The notes below the pieces were generated by a model. The model was given only the letters and a program-made list of their open reading frames with translations, did not search any database and had not been told where the DNA came from. From Prochlorococcus sp. AG-679-M23 (lineage in GTDB: Bacteria; Cyanobacteriota; Cyanobacteriia; PCC-6307; Cyanobiaceae): a DNA stretch of 64,000 nucleotides. The position numbers were made by a program, and so were the translations under genes. This document shows positions 59,699-64,000 of the stretch, piece after piece (position 1 is the first letter of the stretch; each line of letters begins with the position of its first letter). Where the stretch lies: positions 32,001-96,000 of the forward strand of contig QCUR01000001.1 of the NCBI GenBank assembly GCA_003208875.1, given 5' to 3'.

Positions 59699-61102
59699 GT
59701 GAAAATAAAGAACGTTGTTTATAAATTAAAAGAAATATACAGAAAGTTATCTGTACCTCAATTCACAATTGTCACGGGTTTAATTATTATTATTTTTGGA
59801 ACCTTAATTTTAAGTTCCCCATTATGTTCTTCAGCGGATGTGGGTCTTTGGGAAGCATTCTTTACGTCTACTTCTGCAATAACCGTTACTGGATTAACTA
59901 TCATTGATATAGGGGTTGATTTAAATATTTTTGGGCAAATTTTCTTGGCTTTAATGCTTTTATCAGGTGGTTTAGGCTTAATGGCTATTACAACTTTCTT
60001 GCAAGGATTTGTTGTGAAAGGGACTCAGCTTAGAACTAGATTGGATAAAGGCAAGACTCTTGATGAATTTGGGGTTGGTGGAATTGGTAGAACTTTTCAA
60101 AGCATCGCTATTACTGCAACTTCTATTATTTCTTTTGGAGCAATAGTATTATATTTTTTTGGGTTTTTAGAAATTCAAAATAATTGGCAAAGATTATGGT
60201 CTGCAATTTTTCATAGCATTTCTGCATATAACAATGCAGGTTTTTCTTTATGGTCTAATAGCCTCCAAGATTATCGATCTAATTTTGTTGTTAATGTTGT
60301 ATTTATTTTTTTAATTGTGATGGGAGGACTTGGTTGGAGAGTTATTGACGATATATGGAGTAATAGAAAAAATCTTTCATATAAAAAATTAAGTCTTCAT
60401 TCTAGATTAGTAATTAGGACAAGTTTTTCCTTAATAATGTTTGGATCATTAGGTTTCTTCGTAACAGAGACATTATTAAATAGTCAATTTTTTAGCGATC
60501 TAAATTTCTTTGAGAAAATTTTATCATCTATTTTCGAGACTGTGAGTGCAAGAACAGCGGGATTTACAAATTTTCCAATATCTTTAAATTCAATATCAGA
60601 TACTGGTCTCTTGCTACTAATGACGTTGATGTTTATTGGAGCTAGCACCGGTGGTACTGGTGGAGGAATCAAAACTACAACTTTTATTGCCTTAATGGCA
60701 GCAACTAGATCAACGTTAAGGGGACAAAAAGATGTAATTATTAGTAATAGATTAATTTCAGATAAGGTTATTTTGAAAGCAGTTGGAATAACTGTTGGCT
60801 CTTTACTTTTTGTTCTCTTGATGGCTATGTTATTAAGTACTACGAATACTTTTATTAAAAAAGAATCATTTACATTTCTGGAAATTCTTTTCACATGTAT
60901 TTCTGCATTTGCAACTGTAGGTTTTGATATCGGTTTGACAGCAAAATTAAATCATTTTGGTCAATTTATTTTAATTATTGGTATGTTCGTGGGAAGACTT
61001 GGGATTCTTTTGCTTTTAAGTGCTCTGTGGCAAGCTCTATATAAGAGTAGAATAGAAAGACAAAAAAGAATTGGCTATCCGAAAGCTGATCTTTATGTTT
61101 AG
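59699..61102 (+). CDS. ktrB: Trk/Ktr potassium uptake membrane subunit
   Basis: SAITVTGL, NNAGF, RTAGF, GGGIK, ATVG pore motifs. Confidence 0.92.
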   Translation: MKIKNVVYKLKEIYRKLSVPQFTIVTGLIIIIFGTLILSSPLCSSADVGLWEAFFTSTSAITVTGLTIIDIGVDLNIFGQIFLALMLLSGGLGLMAITTFLQGFVVKGTQLRTRLDKGKTLDEFGVGGIGRTFQSIAITATSIISFGAIVLYFFGFLEIQNNWQRLWSAIFHSISAYNNAGFSLWSNSLQDYRSNFVVNVVFIFLIVMGGLGWRVIDDIWSNRKNLSYKKLSLHSRLVIRTSFSLIMFGSLGFFVTETLLNSQFFSDLNFFEKILSSIFETVSARTAGFTNFPISLNSISDTGLLLLMTLMFIGASTGGTGGGIKTTTFIALMAATRSTLRGQKDVIISNRLISDKVILKAVGITVGSLLFVLLMAMLLSTTNTFIKKESFTFLEILFTCISAFATVGFDIGLTAKLNHFGQFILIIGMFVGRLGILLLLSALWQALYKSRIERQKRIGYPKADLYV

Positions 61103-61120
61103 CCTTTACTAATATTTATT

Positions 61121-61825
61121 ATGGCTGATTGGTGGCAATGGTCTCAACAAAAAGAAGAGCAATCTCTAACTTTCGCAGTTGTAGGAGTTGGAAGATTTGG
61201 AACGGCTGTTTGTAGAGAACTTATAAGCAATGGTGTAGATGTTTTAGCTGCAGATGCTTCTGAGAAGGCTATTGATGATTTAAGACAATTAGAACCTTCT
61301 ATTGAAGCCAGAGTAATAGATTGTACTGATGAGGAATCAATGAAGGAATCAGGTATCTTAGAGATGAATACAGTTGTGGTCGGTATTAGTGAGCCTATTG
61401 AAGCAAGTATTACTACTACTCTTATTGCTAAGGATAGTGAAGGAACAAAAGTAAAAAGAGTAATTGCAAGAGCCACAAGTGATTTGCATGAAAAGATGTT
61501 AAAAAGAGTAGGTGCTGATAAGGTCGTTTTCCCTTCTAGAATGCAAGGTGAAAGGTTAGGTTTAGAACTTGTTAGACCAAATCTAATTGAAAGATTAGAA
61601 TTGGATAATCAAACTGGAATAGATGAATTAACAGTTCCAGAAGAATTTATTGGTAGATCTTTAAGAGATTTAAATTTAAGAAAAAATTATTTAGTTAACG
61701 TTCTTGCTGCTGGTCCTCCAGAACAATTAACAGTAAATCCTCCTGCGAAATATATTCTTGAGAGAGGAAATATTTTGGTAGTTATGGGGAAAACTTTAGA
61801 TTTACAAAAATTACCTCAAAATTAA
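61121..61825 (+). CDS. ktrA: Trk/Ktr potassium uptake NAD-binding subunit
   Basis: GVGRFG; RCK-N and RCK-C domains. Confidence 0.92.
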   Translation: MADWWQWSQQKEEQSLTFAVVGVGRFGTAVCRELISNGVDVLAADASEKAIDDLRQLEPSIEARVIDCTDEESMKESGILEMNTVVVGISEPIEASITTTLIAKDSEGTKVKRVIARATSDLHEKMLKRVGADKVVFPSRMQGERLGLELVRPNLIERLELDNQTGIDELTVPEEFIGRSLRDLNLRKNYLVNVLAAGPPEQLTVNPPAKYILERGNILVVMGKTLDLQKLPQN

Positions 61826-62134
61826 TTATTTATTCTCGGATTTTTTCGTATATCTAATCCTTTGAGGAGCCCCTTTTAATCTTTTAATACTATGTCTTTC
61901 TAATGTATCCCGGAAATACTCGGTATTAATTGTAGTTTCTGATGTTTGTGATTTTGCTTCTCTTTTGAGACGATTTTTAATTCCTTGCTGAATTAATACC
62001 TTGGCCATATTGCTGACAGTTCTTGATTCATTCTCAGCTAAAATATTTAGTTGCTCACAAATCAATTCTGGAAGAACTACCTGTATTCTAGGGGATTTTG
62101 GCTTCCCATTAGTTGAGTTTTGGCGGGTTGCCAT
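61826..62134 (-). CDS. Ribbon-helix-helix domain protein
   Basis: PRIQVVLP...LAENESRTVSNMAKVLI. Confidence 0.8.
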   Translation of the reverse strand: MATRQNSTNGKPKSPRIQVVLPELICEQLNILAENESRTVSNMAKVLIQQGIKNRLKREAKSQTSETTINTEYFRDTLERHSIKRLKGAPQRIRYTKKSENK

Positions 62135-62250
62135 TAGTCAAACTGAATAACTGTTACTTATTAGTATACACAGTTAGTCAAGGGTAGTATCTTTGTGTAT
62201 ATTAATAGTAAGGATATAAGCCTTTGATTAATTTGTTCCTTGTGTAAATT

Positions 62251-62589
62251 ATGAAAAATTCAAGAAATCTTGATTCTTCTCAAAGATCAACAATTGATAA
62301 AAAGAAAAAAAAATTAATACAGTCTGAGCCTTTAAGTAACGAGAATAGTGATGTATTAGTATCTGCAGTGATCAGTCCGTATTTGTTGACACATCTGCAT
62401 CAAATTTTGCAACGTTCTGAATATTATGCTCAGAAAGATGGAAGAATATCTCATGCTGCTAATTTTGCAAAGCTTAGGAAAGTTCTATGTTTAGATGCAA
62501 GAAGTATGGCAGATGCCTCAGCCAAAGAAATAAAAGATACTGATCATGATTTTTCTATAAATAAAAATAATGAACAAAATGTAGCTTGA
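62251..62589 (+). CDS. Conserved hypothetical protein
   Basis: 112-aa ORF divergent from the RHH gene. Confidence 0.7.
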   Translation: MKNSRNLDSSQRSTIDKKKKKLIQSEPLSNENSDVLVSAVISPYLLTHLHQILQRSEYYAQKDGRISHAANFAKLRKVLCLDARSMADASAKEIKDTDHDFSINKNNEQNVA

Positions 62590-62624
62590 GGGAATAGTCT
62601 ATAGATATCAATTAATAGAAACTA

Positions 62625-62855
62625 ATGACTAGTAATGTTGAAAAACTCTACAATTTAATAGCCGATGATTCAAGAAAAAAACAAAGTTTATTTTTGATGG
62701 CTCTTAATAATCCAAAATCAGCTCTTGAAAAAATTTGCGAGATTGGTAGAGAAGTAGATATTCAGGTTACTAGAGAAGAGGTAATAGAGTATTTGTCGAC
62801 TATTGATGACGAAGCAACTAAATTATGGTTGATCAAGGCTCGAGGAGGTCTTTAG
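62625..62855 (+). CDS. Hypothetical protein, weakly Nif11-leader-like
   Basis: 76 aa, helical, ends ARGGL. Confidence 0.65.
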   Translation: MTSNVEKLYNLIADDSRKKQSLFLMALNNPKSALEKICEIGREVDIQVTREEVIEYLSTIDDEATKLWLIKARGGL

Positions 62856-63005
62856 CAAAAGATTTTGTGTAGTTCCTTCTTTTAATGTTGGGGTTATTCT
62901 TTTGTTGTAACCTCCACCACCAGCCAATGTCCAAAAAAACCAGTAACTTGGAATTGCCAATGCTGCAGCTATGAAAATTACCACGATTTGTTCTATTCTT
63001 TTCAT
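62823..63005 (-). CDS. Small membrane protein
   Basis: 60-aa ORF with one TM helix. Confidence 0.6.
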   Translation of the reverse strand: MKRIEQIVVIFIAAALAIPSYWFFWTLAGGGGYNKRITPTLKEGTTQNLLLKTSSSLDQP

Positions 63006-63076
63006 ATAACAATTTTATTCCACAAAAATTATTTTGGTAAAAAGTCTCTAAGTTTGTAAATTCAATTTTTTTAAAA

Positions 63077-64000
63077 GTGATTAGATTTGATAATGTAAGT
63101 AAAATTTACTCTACTGATGTTGTTCTAAAAAATATTAATTGGGAAATTAGGAAGGGAGAAAAGATAGGGTTAGTTGGTTCTAATGGAGCAGGTAAATCTA
63201 CCCAGTTCAAAATCTTAATTGGAGAGGAGGATCAAACAAGTGGACTTGTTCATAAAGAAGGAAGTCCCAAAATTTCCCACTTAAAACAGGAATTGGATTG
63301 TAATTTAAATCGAACAGTCAGAGAAGAGTTAGAAAGTTCTTTTAAAGATATTCAAGTAGTTTCAAATAAACTTCTAGAGATTGAAAATGAAATGAAATTT
63401 TTAGAAATTAGTAAAGACTCTGAAAAACTTGATCATCTTGTAAATCAACTAGCCAAATTTCAAGAAAAGTTTGAAGTTTTAGGTGGCTATCAAATGCAGG
63501 CAGACGTAGAGAAGATACTGCCAAAACTAGGTTTTTCTCAGGATGATGCAGACAAATTGGTAGGTAATTTTTCTGGGGGTTGGCAAATGAAAGTTGCTCT
63601 TGGAAAAATTATTTTGCAAAAACCTGATTTACTTTTACTCGATGAGCCAACTAATCATTTAGATTTGGAAACAATTTTTTGGCTAGAGGAATATTTAATA
63701 TCTCTAAAAATATCCATCATATTAATTAGTCATGATCGATATTTTTTAGATAAACTATGTAAAAAAATTATTTTTATAGAAAGAGGAATTTCTGAAACAT
63801 ATAATGGGAATTATTCTTTTTTTATTGAACAAAAGTCTTTAAATGAAGCAACTCAAATTAAAGCTTTTGAGTTGCAGCAAAAAGAGATTGAAACACAAAA
63901 AAAGTATATTGAAAGATTTCGAGCTAGTGCGACAAGGAGTACTCAAGCTAAAAGTAGGGAGAAGCAATTAAAAAAGATTGTAAAAATTGATGCACCTATT
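63077..64000 (+). CDS. ABC-F family ATPase (partial, runs off the window end)
   Basis: GTG start; GLVGSNGAGKST, FSGGWQMK, LLLDEPTNHLD, SHDRYFLD. Confidence 0.92.
   Translation, partial: MIRFDNVSKIYSTDVVLKNINWEIRKGEKIGLVGSNGAGKSTQFKILIGEEDQTSGLVHKEGSPKISHLKQELDCNLNRTVREELESSFKDIQVVSNKLLEIENEMKFLEISKDSEKLDHLVNQLAKFQEKFEVLGGYQMQADVEKILPKLGFSQDDADKLVGNFSGGWQMKVALGKIILQKPDLLLLDEPTNHLDLETIFWLEEYLISLKISIILISHDRYFLDKLCKKIIFIERGISETYNGNYSFFIEQKSLNEATQIKAFELQQKEIETQKKYIERFRASATRSTQAKSREKQLKKIVKIDAPI

Noticed and set aside
5348..61476. Numerous 60-170 aa ORFs antisense to or nested in core genes (e.g. 5348-5716, 16418-16732, 53315-53827, 57854-58312, 60484-60894)
   Set aside because: Shadow frames of well-supported genes, without motifs or independent signals

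Overview
AT-rich (~30% GC by eye) chromosomal window whose gene content and order fit a high-light Prochlorococcus marinus. Most of it is core genome: mrdA, flv1/flv3, alaS, speA, ndk, thiO, gatB, coaE, argJ, ssrA, smc, accC, psbX, ycf66, def, sufBCDS, pgm, rarA, coaX, cysH, ktrAB. Three small accessory inserts stand out, and none encodes an integrase in this window. (1) At 1-3003 is a tandem array of cassettes delimited by three degenerate copies of a guaA-like 3' end (coding (T/N)IEWE-stop). Each copy sits in a conserved-spacing scaffold of 11-bp direct repeats and a pseudo-palindromic box. Cargo: a sulfotransferase, a restriction-endonuclease remnant, Yfr1/Yfr10-like and Yfr2-like sRNAs, and a CP12-like protein. 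(2) A ~1.7 kb insert at the argJ 3' end carries a YadA-anchor protein. It is bounded by a 30-bp argJ-end duplication whose differences are all synonymous, has its own 11-bp repeats, and shares an identical 14-mer with locus 1. (3) A ~1.6 kb porin insert is bounded by tRNA-Leu(AAG) and a copy of its 5' half. Together they suggest non-autonomous, site-specifically integrated gene cassettes that use a shared accessory DNA motif. All protein calls come from motif recognition, not database searches.
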